IMG/VR virus record: IMGVR_UViG_3300035660_000001
Span: 1 to 64,000 of that record
Length of the DNA stretch: 64,000 nucleotides
From: a virus
Reading direction: 5' to 3' (one strand)
The notes beneath the pieces are model-generated. The model was given only the letters and a program-made list of their open reading frames with translations, ran no database searches and was not told the DNA's origin. This document shows positions 9,770-18,298 of this stretch, one piece after another. Each line of letters begins with the position of its first letter. Position 1 is the stretch's first letter. The translations under genes were made by a program, and so were the position numbers.

Positions 9770-10270
9770 ATGAACGGCTTCGCCAAGATCGGGAAAGACT
9801 GCAAGATTTACAATGTCTTGATTCTCAGGCCGGAGATGGTCGAGCTCGGAGACGGTGTCCGGATCGACGACTGGGTGAAGATAGAGGGCGGGACGGGACT
9901 GAGGGTCGGGAACTACGTTCACATCGCCTCGTTTGCCAGCATCCTAGGTGGCGGTCGGACGTTGATCGGAAACTACGCAGGAATCGCCCAGGGCGCTCGG
10001 ATCATCACGGGGCGGGGTCATCCGTTCGCCGATCACTTCCCGCAGAAGCCGCCAGCCGGAGACCCCTATGATAACGAGCGATTGTTCGTTCAAATGCACG
10101 ACTACTCCTTTGTAGCGGCCAATGCCGTCATTCTACCCGGCACCGTTATCGGGGAGGGAGCTGTCATCGGAGCTGGGTCCGTTGCCTCTGGAATGATTAA
10201 ACCCTGGACGATCTATCTGGGATCTCCGGCCAAGCCAGTTAAACTACGAGGGAGGTTTGAGGCAAGATGA
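9770..10270 (+). CDS. hexapeptide-repeat (left-handed beta helix) acyltransferase
   Basis: [LIV]G-x4 repeats, ANAVILPGTVIGEGAVIGAGS, GSPAKPVK. Confidence 0.92.
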   Translation: MNGFAKIGKDCKIYNVLILRPEMVELGDGVRIDDWVKIEGGTGLRVGNYVHIASFASILGGGRTLIGNYAGIAQGARIITGRGHPFADHFPQKPPAGDPYDNERLFVQMHDYSFVAANAVILPGTVIGEGAVIGAGSVASGMIKPWTIYLGSPAKPVKLRGRFEAR

Positions 10271-10386
10271 GGATTATGTTTGTCGGAGAGAATACGTTCA
10301 TCGGAAGCGGGTTCGCCGCTCAGGGGTCTAAAATCCTGGAGGCCCTGTCGAAGAAACACGAAGTCCCCTTTACTTCTTTAGTTTAA
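10267..10386 (+). pseudogene. orphaned native N-terminus (39 codons) of the glycosyltransferase at 11040
   Basis: MRIMFVGENTFIGSGFAAQGSKILEALSKKHEV matches 31/33 aa of the 11040 N-terminus, then runs into AT-rich inserted DNA and stops. Confidence 0.88.
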
Positions 10387-10398
10387 ATATGTTACAAT
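10369..10398 (+). promoter_or_regulatory. putative sigma70 extended -10 promoter of the endonuclease element
   Basis: TTTACT...TGtTACAAT directly upstream of the structured leader. Confidence 0.5.
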
Positions 10399-10404
10399 TA
10401 TTAT

Positions 10405-10512
10405 GTCGCTCGGAGAGTAGGGTTTTACTATTGGGAGTTATAAGCCCCCGAATCCGCAGGTTGAAGCTGGTGGAAGTTAACCCTTCTCCTGAGCGACCGG
10501 ATGAGGGGGCTT
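10405..10512 (+). ncRNA. pseudoknotted structured RNA upstream of the HNH gene
   Basis: Stem GTCGCTC-GGAGA-AGGGTT / AACCCT-TCTCC-GAGCGAC; loop AAGCCCCC..ATCCG can pair with downstream CGGAT..GGGGGCTT. Confidence 0.55.
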
Positions 10513-10530
10513 TCAGTTTCGGGAGAAAAT

Positions 10531-11043
10531 ATGAAGATAATAGCTGGTTTGCCAGCGAGACAATACTTTCGGGAGTATTACCGTAATCATAAGAAGGGAA
10601 CTCTAAAATACAAGAGATATCTTCGGAGGCATCGTAAACAGAGGTTAGCTCAACAGAAAAAGCACTATCACGAAAATTTTGAGAGTGTTGCCGCTTATAG
10701 TAGGAATTATTACATAAATAATAGAGAACGTCTTTTAGAAAGGATTCGCATGTATAGAAGCGGACGCCACGGAAAGATGATGATGAGGGCAAACCACCTA
10801 AAGCGGAAGTATAATTTATCGCTCGAAGAATATAGAGCGATGGTTAAGAAGCTTAAGGGTCGGTGTCCTTCTTGTAAAAGAAAGATTAAGCTGTATGTAG
10901 ATCACGACCATAAAACCGGGAAGGTTCGTGGTCTTCTCTGTAGAAAGTGTAACCTCAGCATAGGTTATATTGGCGATGATTTAAAAGTTTTGAAGAGGCT
11001 CGTTAAATACCTTGAGAATTCCTTAAGGAGGACTGGAAGTTGA
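10531..11043 (+). CDS. endonuclease VII-type HNH homing endonuclease
   Basis: CPSC...LYVDHDHKTGKVRGLLCRKCNLSIG; basic Tyr/Arg-rich N-terminus; low GC. Confidence 0.93.
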   Translation: MKIIAGLPARQYFREYYRNHKKGTLKYKRYLRRHRKQRLAQQKKHYHENFESVAAYSRNYYINNRERLLERIRMYRSGRHGKMMMRANHLKRKYNLSLEEYRAMVKKLKGRCPSCKRKIKLYVDHDHKTGKVRGLLCRKCNLSIGYIGDDLKVLKRLVKYLENSLRRTGS

Positions 11044-12275
11044 AAATAATGTATGTGGGTGAAAACACGTTTATTGGCTCTGGTTTTGCGGCACAAGGGT
11101 CGAAGATTTTAGAGGCTCTCTCAAAAAAACACGAGGTACATGCTTGTCTGTGGAGCTACAACGGGACGGACCCGATCATTGGGGCGCCCTATAAGTGCTA
11201 TCCCCTCTCGATGATCGACTACTGGGGAGTGCAGTTAATCCCCCGTTACTTGGACAGGATACGTCCCGATGCGGTCTTCACCTACGGCGATCCGCACTTT
11301 ATGAACGAGCGCGGGCATAACATTCTCCATGAGGCGAAGATCCGGGAACTCCCTGTGGCCGCCTATCTCGCCATTGATTCTGAGAATCATACCCTCGAGG
11401 TAAAGCACGTTCTCGATCAGATCGACTACCCTGTGTTCTTTACGAACTGGGCGAGGGAGATTATCGCAGGGGAGTTTCCTGAGACTGCACCGAAGCTCCG
11501 GACGATCTACCACGGGGTCAAGCCGATGAAGGTGGTCGACGACGACAAGAAGCTCGAGTTCAAATCCCTTAACGGATTTCAGGGCCGGTATATCGTGGGG
11601 TCGGTATTCCGGAACTGCATACGTAAGCACCCTGAGCGTCTCATGCGGGCGTTCCGGAAGGTCTTGGAGCAGATCCCGAACGCCATGCTCCTGCTTCACA
11701 CCCAACCCGTGGACGTGGCGAGGGACTGCCTGAATATAGTCCAGCTCGCCGATTACATGGGGTTTAAGAAGTCGGAGCTCTTTATCTCGAAGGTTCCCAA
11801 TCCTACCGATACGCAGAGGATGGCCACGGAGGAGGAGCTCAACAAAATCTACGGGATGATGGACGTCCACGTCCTGACCTCGGGCCGGGAGGGATGGGGG
11901 CTTCCGTTGATCGAAGCGGCGATGGCAGGTCGGGCGTCGATAGGGACGAACTACGCCTCGATGACGGAAATCCTTGCGGACGATCGGGGATGGCTTGTGG
12001 ACTACTCCGACTGGTATCCCCTGGACTCCTCGCTTAACTTCAAGGACGTCCTGATTGATATCGACAAGCTCGCCGATACGATCGTGGAGGTCTGGCGGTA
12101 TCCGAAGGAGGCCGCGCTCAGGGCCCAGAGGCTCCGCCGCTGGACGCAGGAGCATTGCGAGTGGGGGAACATTCAGAAGCAGTGGGTTACCCTTTTCGAT
12201 GAGATCGAAAAGAAACTGCCGCCCAAAGCGGTGGTCGTTCCATCTCCCGAGAAGGTAAATCCCAAGACCTCTTGA
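11040..12275 (+). CDS. GT-B glycosyltransferase (GT4-like)
   Basis: RNCIRKH and DVHVLTSGREGWGLPLIEAAMAG. Confidence 0.92.
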   Translation: MKIMYVGENTFIGSGFAAQGSKILEALSKKHEVHACLWSYNGTDPIIGAPYKCYPLSMIDYWGVQLIPRYLDRIRPDAVFTYGDPHFMNERGHNILHEAKIRELPVAAYLAIDSENHTLEVKHVLDQIDYPVFFTNWAREIIAGEFPETAPKLRTIYHGVKPMKVVDDDKKLEFKSLNGFQGRYIVGSVFRNCIRKHPERLMRAFRKVLEQIPNAMLLLHTQPVDVARDCLNIVQLADYMGFKKSELFISKVPNPTDTQRMATEEELNKIYGMMDVHVLTSGREGWGLPLIEAAMAGRASIGTNYASMTEILADDRGWLVDYSDWYPLDSSLNFKDVLIDIDKLADTIVEVWRYPKEAALRAQRLRRWTQEHCEWGNIQKQWVTLFDEIEKKLPPKAVVVPSPEKVNPKTS

Positions 12276-12300
12276 CAATCAAGTTGAGAACCGTTATAAT
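12272..12300 (+). promoter_or_regulatory. consensus sigma70 promoter
   Basis: TTGACA-17 nt-TATAAT. Confidence 0.88.
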
Positions 12301-12325
12301 AAACAACCAACCATAGGAGGAAGAG

Positions 12326-12673
12326 ATGTCAGAGAACAGCCCAGGCGAAAATATCCTGTTTCGGATGCCCGAGAAGATGTTCACCGTCGCGGTGAAGGTT
12401 CGGACGCTCCTTCAGATGTATGAAGAGGCTCGGATGGCCTGCGTGGACTTCGAGACCCGCAGGGAGATGTTTCGGCAGATGAGCATGCTGGCTCAGGTTA
12501 AGGAGCTCAACATGCACATCGAAAAGCAGAAGGTCGCCGTCGACAAGACGATCTCCATGATGGCCTCTCTTCTGAATCTCCCCGACGTCGTTCTTCCGGA
12601 GGAGCCGAAGATTGAGACTGCGGGAGCGGGAGCCGAGACGTTGATTTTCAGGCCGCCGGGCGTGAATGAATAA
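12326..12673 (+). CDS. hypothetical protein
   Basis: AGGAGG SD downstream of the promoter. Confidence 0.7.
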   Translation: MSENSPGENILFRMPEKMFTVAVKVRTLLQMYEEARMACVDFETRREMFRQMSMLAQVKELNMHIEKQKVAVDKTISMMASLLNLPDVVLPEEPKIETAGAGAETLIFRPPGVNE

Positions 12674-12684
12674 CTGATCAGGAG

Positions 12685-13215
12685 GTGGTTAGTTTGGTTC
12701 CGCAATCAGTAGCCGACAGGAAGAAATACTACCGGAAGTGGTATAAGAATAACCGGGATGACCTTCTGGACAGACGCCGTGATAAACGGGTGGAGTTCAG
12801 GAGGGATCACCCGGATTACAAAGCCCCATCCGTCGTGCGAAGGCTTCTGGACCGGCGACTCGAGTTTAACAAGAAACGACAGGAGCTGATCGCCAAGGCT
12901 CCGTTGGGTCGGACGCGCCGTCCCGTCATTAGGGATGGCGTGACCTATTTTCACAGCAGTTTCCTGTCGCACATTCTCGGGGTCCGGAAGGTAACGATAG
13001 CCAAGTGGGAGCGGCTGGGGGTGCTTCCCAAGACTCCCTTCCGTCGCCGGGGGGCAAGGCTTTACACGGTGGAGATGATCGAGGCCGTCCAGGTGGCCGC
13101 TCCATGCGTGATCGGGCTTCCCCGGGGGAAGAAGGATAGGGCTCTCTTCTATCGTCTGGTTGTGGACAGGTGGAAAGCGTTGGGTGTCAAGATTACTAAA
13201 CCCGTAGAGATTTAG
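12685..13215 (+). CDS. putative MerR-like HTH DNA-binding protein
   Basis: LSHILGVRKVTIAKWERLGVLP...RLYT. Confidence 0.65.
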   Translation: MVSLVPQSVADRKKYYRKWYKNNRDDLLDRRRDKRVEFRRDHPDYKAPSVVRRLLDRRLEFNKKRQELIAKAPLGRTRRPVIRDGVTYFHSSFLSHILGVRKVTIAKWERLGVLPKTPFRRRGARLYTVEMIEAVQVAAPCVIGLPRGKKDRALFYRLVVDRWKALGVKITKPVEI

Positions 13216-13221
13216 GAGGAA

Positions 13222-13740
13222 ATGAAGATGCGAGCAAAACCGAAGAAGGACGATACCATCGAGAAGTTCTTGAAGGGGATGTCGAAGGTATCAAGCGTAT
13301 TCCTCAAGGGATTTGAGGCTGTTCTTCGCAGGAGTTTCCAATCGGGTATCCCCGCAGTTACACCCCAGCCCGACGCCCGGGCGGTCCCGTCGACCATCAT
13401 CGTAGAGCGTTCCTACCCCGGTGGCGATCCGGTCACTGAGCGCACTCTCGAGATCAAGCCATTCGTTACGTCACCCGCCAGCGTAACGGCGGGTTTCGGT
13501 TTGACGATCCCTCTGGCCGCCTATGCCTCGGGACGTGTCTACGTCCAGGTCACGCTTCCTTGCTACAAGGAGGAGCTGGATGCCACTCTGCTCGTGGCAA
13601 AGGGGATGGTGGAGAGGGAGGTCACTGTGGAGGCCGAGAAGATTTACTCCAAGAGGGATGAGCTTTCCGGCCAGGCTCGGCCCGGAGGCGGTCCCAGCGC
13701 CCCCGGCGAAAGCCATACTCCGGAAGTTCCTGGGGCGTAA
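13222..13740 (+). CDS. hypothetical protein
   Basis: AGGAGG SD; lies in the operon upstream of recA. Confidence 0.7.
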   Translation: MKMRAKPKKDDTIEKFLKGMSKVSSVFLKGFEAVLRRSFQSGIPAVTPQPDARAVPSTIIVERSYPGGDPVTERTLEIKPFVTSPASVTAGFGLTIPLAAYASGRVYVQVTLPCYKEELDATLLVAKGMVEREVTVEAEKIYSKRDELSGQARPGGGPSAPGESHTPEVPGA

Positions 13741-13752
13741 GGAGTTTTTCCG

Positions 13753-14901
13753 ATGGCAAAAGAGAATGCCGAGAAGGAAGCTCCCAAAACAAACAGAAGC
13801 CTCAAGACCGTAATCTCCGATCTGAACGAGAAATTCGGGGATATTACTGCCGCTGGTTCGGAAGCGTTGGAGGTGGACATTCCGAGACTATCGACAGGAG
13901 TTTTTGTGCTCGATTTTGCAACGGGCGGCGGGATTCCCATGTGGCGGTTCTCCGAGGTCTACGGAATGAAGTCGTCCGGAAAGACGACCATGTCCTTGAG
14001 GGTATGTGCCGAGGCCCAGAGAACATGTCGGAATTGTTACCACTCTCTCGTGACTTGCAAGTGCGGAAAACGGGAGCCCATGAGAGTTGTCTACGTGGAC
14101 GTCGAGGGGAAGCTCGATGAAGCCTGGGCGATCCGTCTCGGGGTGGATATGGATAAGAACCATCCAAATCCCTGCTACATATCGAAGCCGGACTCCGCAG
14201 AGCAGACAGGGAACATCGTGGAGGAGTTCATCAAGTCGACCGCCGTGGATGTTCTGGTGGTGGATAGTCTGGCCGCCATGATGCCTTTCGATGAGGGACA
14301 GCAGGCGATGGAGAAGCAGTATCAGGGTCTTGCGGCACGAATACTCAACAAGGCCATTCGGAAGTGGACCTCGGCTTTTAATCACTCTTGGACGACGAAC
14401 CGGCGAAGCCCGGCAGTTATCCTGCTCAACCAGATCCGTCACAAGGTGGGAGTTATCTGGGGTGACCCTACGGTAACTCCCGGGGGATTCGGGCATCGGT
14501 TCGCAACCGGGATTGAGCTCCGGATGTGGGGCGGGAAGGTCGAGTATGATGACGACTCGAAAACCGGACTCAAGTTTCCTCTGGCTACTACGATGGGTTT
14601 TGAGGTAAAAACGTCCTCCCTCACGACACCCTACATGCAGGGCGAGTACAAAATGGTTTTGGCAAATACCCAGACCAAGAAGATCGGAGACATATTCGAT
14701 GAGGATCGGGTGTTCGCTATCGCCATGCGTTACGCGATTATTACCCGGAGCGAGGGAAACCTCCTCTTCGATGGTGCGCCCTATTCCCCCGAAGGAACTC
14801 CCTTTAGGTCGGAGGGGAGCGTCGTCGACTACTGGATGTCCCATCCCGAGGAATACGCCAGGGTGAAGAAGGCCCTTCTCGAGAAGGTGAGGCTGAAGTA
14901 G
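13753..14901 (+). CDS. recA: RecA/UvsX-like recombinase
   Basis: LSTG..LD..TGGGIP, Walker A GMKSSGKTT, Walker B VLVVDSLAAM, LNQIR.KVGV, TPGG. Confidence 0.95.
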   Translation: MAKENAEKEAPKTNRSLKTVISDLNEKFGDITAAGSEALEVDIPRLSTGVFVLDFATGGGIPMWRFSEVYGMKSSGKTTMSLRVCAEAQRTCRNCYHSLVTCKCGKREPMRVVYVDVEGKLDEAWAIRLGVDMDKNHPNPCYISKPDSAEQTGNIVEEFIKSTAVDVLVVDSLAAMMPFDEGQQAMEKQYQGLAARILNKAIRKWTSAFNHSWTTNRRSPAVILLNQIRHKVGVIWGDPTVTPGGFGHRFATGIELRMWGGKVEYDDDSKTGLKFPLATTMGFEVKTSSLTTPYMQGEYKMVLANTQTKKIGDIFDEDRVFAIAMRYAIITRSEGNLLFDGAPYSPEGTPFRSEGSVVDYWMSHPEEYARVKKALLEKVRLK

Positions 14902-15102
14902 ATGACCGAAGGCGAGATTCACGTCTACGATCGTGTCTGTAGGGGATGTGGATTTCCCTTTAAGCTTTATACTCGAAATGTTGTCCCGGAGCATAGACGA
15001 TCTAACTTCTGCGATTCGAATTGCTATGCTCGTTACTTTAAGGGACAGAAACTCAAACGAAAGCGAGCGAAGAGATGTCCTTCGACACTATCTTTAAAGT
15101 AG
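14902..15102 (+). CDS. small Cys-rich putative zinc-binding protein
   Basis: CRGC...FCDSNCY. Confidence 0.5.
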   Translation: MTEGEIHVYDRVCRGCGFPFKLYTRNVVPEHRRSNFCDSNCYARYFKGQKLKRKRAKRCPSTLSLK

Positions 15103-15965
15103 GTGGTATCCGGGATCTGGTTCAGGCCGATCTGGCGGCAAAGCCGAAGAAGGAGAGGAAGCCCGAGGCGCCCGTTGAGAGGTCGGACGTGGCGGCCGCT
15201 CTCGAGACGTGGACGAGGGTTCAGACCATGAAGCCGCTTACCCCGGAGGATTATCTCAGGGTGTCCAATATCGTAAACCAGGACTTCTGCGCCCGGGCGG
15301 TTGTCTTGGCCTCTCTGAACAGGATAAGCCTGACTAGGACGGTGGAAATCCATAGTGCCTACATCATGGACCTCGGGACGAAAATTCACGAACTGGTCCA
15401 GGTCTACCTGGGGGAGCTCGGGATCCTGATCGGGGACTGGCAGTGTTCGGAATGCCTCACGATCACAGAGAACACCTACTACCCCGGGAAGTGCGTCTGT
15501 GATCACGGAAACTGGCGGTACGTGGAAAAGACGATCGAGAGCAAGGAATATCGCCTGCGGGGGCATTACGATGGCCTGCTGATGCCCGTTCGGAAGACCG
15601 AAGGGGTTGCCGGGGTGGACCGCCTTTTGGAAATCAAGACCGTCGACGCCCAAGTGTTCCATCGGATGACTGCCCCAAAGGTTCCCGCCGTTCACCAGAC
15701 CCAGATTTACATGAAGTTAAGGGGAATGCCGAAGGGTCACATCTTATACGCTCCCCGGGGGAAGCCGAAGGACGTCGCCCTGTTCAAGGGATTTGACGTG
15801 GATCTCGATTCCAATATCGTCCAGCCCTATCTCGACATGAGCAAGAGGATTTTCGACGCCATCACCGGAGCCGGCCCGGTTCCGGACTGCGCCTGCTCTC
15901 CCATGCAGAAGAACTCTTGTCAGGTCATAAGGCAGTGCGTTGATACGGCGTGGAAGAGGCCATGA
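15075..15965 (+). CDS. PD-(D/E)XK Cas4/RecB-like exonuclease
   Basis: FCAR, GTKIHE, GHYDG, LEIKT, QTQIYM, C-terminal Cys cluster. Confidence 0.85.
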   Translation: MSFDTIFKVGGIRDLVQADLAAKPKKERKPEAPVERSDVAAALETWTRVQTMKPLTPEDYLRVSNIVNQDFCARAVVLASLNRISLTRTVEIHSAYIMDLGTKIHELVQVYLGELGILIGDWQCSECLTITENTYYPGKCVCDHGNWRYVEKTIESKEYRLRGHYDGLLMPVRKTEGVAGVDRLLEIKTVDAQVFHRMTAPKVPAVHQTQIYMKLRGMPKGHILYAPRGKPKDVALFKGFDVDLDSNIVQPYLDMSKRIFDAITGAGPVPDCACSPMQKNSCQVIRQCVDTAWKRP

Positions 15966-16510
15966 AGACCTCTTTTACGGGTGCCAAGCGGGATTGTGTC
16001 ATGGGGATCGACCTGAGCTTGCGATCGACGGGGATAGTCCTGCTCTCTTTGGATAATAATGAGTTCCACCAATACGGAGCGGGGTGCGAAGTCAAGAAGG
16101 ACGACGAGGAGGGTCGGTTTCAAAGGCTTATCGATATTACCTGTGAGATCAGAACCCATATCGGGAGTTACTCTCCCGTGATGATCGGGGTGGAGGGACC
16201 GGCCTACTCAAAGTTCCAGGGGCCTCAGTTCAGCCTCGGCAGGCTTCTGGGCTGGGTGGAATCTACGATCTGGGAGAACTTCCAGAAGAAGATCGTGGTC
16301 ATCGGGTCGACCTCGGCCAGAAAGTTCCTAATCGGAACGAAGGGCGGGGGAGCGATCAAGAAGGATCGCCTCTGGGAGTTTCTGACCAGCCGGGGAATGA
16401 AATTTGAAAATAAAGATATGATGGATGCTTGGGTGATCGCCATCTACTTGAAGGGCAAGCTGTTGGATAGAAAAATCCCACGCATGGTTTTAAAGCTGGA
16501 GGGGCTATAA
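15962..16510 (+). CDS. RuvC-like Holliday junction resolvase
   Basis: VMGIDLSLRSTG, IGVEG, KK, D..DAW. Confidence 0.85.
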   Translation: MKTSFTGAKRDCVMGIDLSLRSTGIVLLSLDNNEFHQYGAGCEVKKDDEEGRFQRLIDITCEIRTHIGSYSPVMIGVEGPAYSKFQGPQFSLGRLLGWVESTIWENFQKKIVVIGSTSARKFLIGTKGGGAIKKDRLWEFLTSRGMKFENKDMMDAWVIAIYLKGKLLDRKIPRMVLKLEGL

Positions 16511-16611
16511 GGGCATAGGGTTTCCTCTCCCCTCTTGAAATCAGTAAACCCTTATGGTGTATCATTATCGGGATGTCTTTGACGGAGACACCCTAACATG
16601 AGGAAACCCTA

Positions 16612-17022
16612 ATGCTCGGAATTAACAACGTCGTCGTCGCGGGAAACGTAGCCAGGGACCCGATGTTCGACAAGACGAAGGAGGGAATGGACGCCTGCTC
16701 CTTCGTGATCGTGATCAATGAGAAGGGCTCGAGAGCGGAGGACATCGTAACGTGGGTCCGGATAAACATGTTCGGAGACGTCGTTGCGATCGTCCGGGTG
16801 AAGGTCAAGCAGGGGGACTACGTGATCATCCGGGGGGAGCTTATGAACCGAGCCGCCTCAGAGGATCCCGGAAAATCTCTTGGAGCCAGAAACCTTCTCG
16901 AGATAAGAGGACGGGGGTTTGTAGCTCTCCGAAAGCCGAGGGCCAACCATGCAGGAAAGGCTCCTGCAGGAGAGGCCGAAGAAAAGGAAGTGGATTTGAA
17001 GGGGCCGTTAATTCCCGAGTAG
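16612..17022 (+). CDS. ssb: single-stranded DNA-binding protein
   Basis: INNVVVAGNVARDP, TWVRI, KQGDYVIIRGEL (OB fold). Confidence 0.88.
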   Translation: MLGINNVVVAGNVARDPMFDKTKEGMDACSFVIVINEKGSRAEDIVTWVRINMFGDVVAIVRVKVKQGDYVIIRGELMNRAASEDPGKSLGARNLLEIRGRGFVALRKPRANHAGKAPAGEAEEKEVDLKGPLIPE

Positions 17023-17056
17023 ATGCAATCCAAAACGATCAGAAGGGAGAAGGTTC

Positions 17057-17773
17057 ATGCTGGAAGTAGCCAAGATTCAAAAGGCTGTGGACGGCCTTTC
17101 CAGGGCCGAAATCAGGCGTCGAGTGGTGCAGTTAAAGGATCGTGTCGATGAGTCTTATTTTGAGATGGCCGGGCTTCTCTATCGGATTTACAAGGAGGAG
17201 CTCTATCGGGCGTGGGGATACAACGGGTTCGAGCCTTACGTCGAAGCGGAGATGGGGTTCAAGGGCCGGAAGGCGTGGTATCTCGTCGGGGTCTACGAAC
17301 ATTACTGCGTTAAGAATAAGGATCACCCCGAGATGATCAAGGCGGCTTCTGATATCGGGTATGAGAAAGCGAAGGAACTCGTGGGCGTAGCCACTCCGGA
17401 GAACATCGGGAAGTTCGTCACCCTCGCAGAGAAGACGAACGTCATTCAGTTCAAGGAGCACGTCAAGAAAGAGGCCGGGGTCACCCCGCAGGTGGAAGAG
17501 GTGTTCCGGTCCTCCTTCGTCCTCTACCGGGATCAGCACCAGTCTGTGATGGAAGCGATTGAGATGGCGAAGAAGATGGGCGAGACGGAAAAGCCCTCTC
17601 ACGCCCTCTCGTTGATCTGTCTAAACTTCGTGGCAACCAACATCGGCAAGGAGAAGTCTGCGTCCCTGGTTGTTCCCATGCTGAAGCGTTGGGAGAAGCA
17701 GGAGGAGTTACGGTTCCTCGTCGTCAATTCCAAAGATAAGGTCGTCTACAAGAGCCGAGGCCTTCCGGAGTAA
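17057..17773 (+). CDS. hypothetical protein (putative DNA-binding)
   Basis: LYRIYKEELYRAWGYNGFEPYVEAEMG motif. Confidence 0.65.
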   Translation: MLEVAKIQKAVDGLSRAEIRRRVVQLKDRVDESYFEMAGLLYRIYKEELYRAWGYNGFEPYVEAEMGFKGRKAWYLVGVYEHYCVKNKDHPEMIKAASDIGYEKAKELVGVATPENIGKFVTLAEKTNVIQFKEHVKKEAGVTPQVEEVFRSSFVLYRDQHQSVMEAIEMAKKMGETEKPSHALSLICLNFVATNIGKEKSASLVVPMLKRWEKQEELRFLVVNSKDKVVYKSRGLPE

Positions 17774-17777
17774 TGCC

Positions 17778-18083
17778 ATGGCTCAAGCTCGACGGATCAA
17801 GGTGGATGAGTGGGAGATCGATTCCCTCACGAATCCCGGGACGATCTACATCGTGGTTTCCGGGACGTGGTCTTGCACGTGCCCGAGCTTCGTGTTCCAA
17901 CATGTCCGGCAGTGCAAGCATATCCTGTTGATTCAGGATATCATGACGAGGGTTTTCCCGATGTTCGTGGCCGCAGGAGGCCCTCCCCCGAACGAATACG
18001 ATATCAAGGAGTTCGGGCAGGCGGGGGTCGGAAGGGGAGGGCATGTCCTTCGGGCCGTTGACGAACACGATCAGGCGATTTAA
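17778..18083 (+). CDS. SWIM zinc-finger protein
   Basis: WSCTCPSF...CKHI. Confidence 0.8.
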   Translation: MAQARRIKVDEWEIDSLTNPGTIYIVVSGTWSCTCPSFVFQHVRQCKHILLIQDIMTRVFPMFVAAGGPPPNEYDIKEFGQAGVGRGGHVLRAVDEHDQAI

Positions 18084-18091
18084 GGAGAGAG

Positions 18092-18298
18092 ATGGATAAT
18101 TATGTTGGGAAGTCGATTTGCTTCATCTGTAACGGGGAGGTCCTGTTGAGGGACGACCGGGACTTCACGGGGGGCGTTGCGGTATGCCCGAAGGATGCCC
18201 GGAAGGTCTTTCGATCCCTCATGGCAGTCCAGAGGGCGAACGTTCATAAATGTCTCGAGGCATCCATTGGGAATAGCCCACGAGAAGAAACTCGCTAA
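18092..18298 (+). CDS. small Cys-containing hypothetical protein
   Basis: AAGGAG SD; CFIC...CPKD. Confidence 0.55.
   Translation: MDNYVGKSICFICNGEVLLRDDRDFTGGVAVCPKDARKVFRSLMAVQRANVHKCLEASIGNSPREETR

Larger units (their letters stand above)
10367..11140 (+). mobile_element. homing-endonuclease insertion carrying a promoter, structured leader, EndoVII gene and recoded target-gene 5' end
   Basis: AT-rich block bounded by two synonymous copies of the same coding sequence. Confidence 0.75.

Noticed and set aside
10367-11140. Group I intron interpretation of the HNH insertion
   Set aside because: I could not identify P7/core motifs, the non-coding part is only about 165 nt, and a duplicated recoded 5' coding segment would be unnecessary. 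Not fully excluded without RT-PCR.
15075-15965. Cas4-like gene as evidence of a CRISPR-Cas system
   Set aside because: No repeat-spacer array or other cas genes are visible. Its recA/ruvC/ssb context indicates a phage recombination nuclease.
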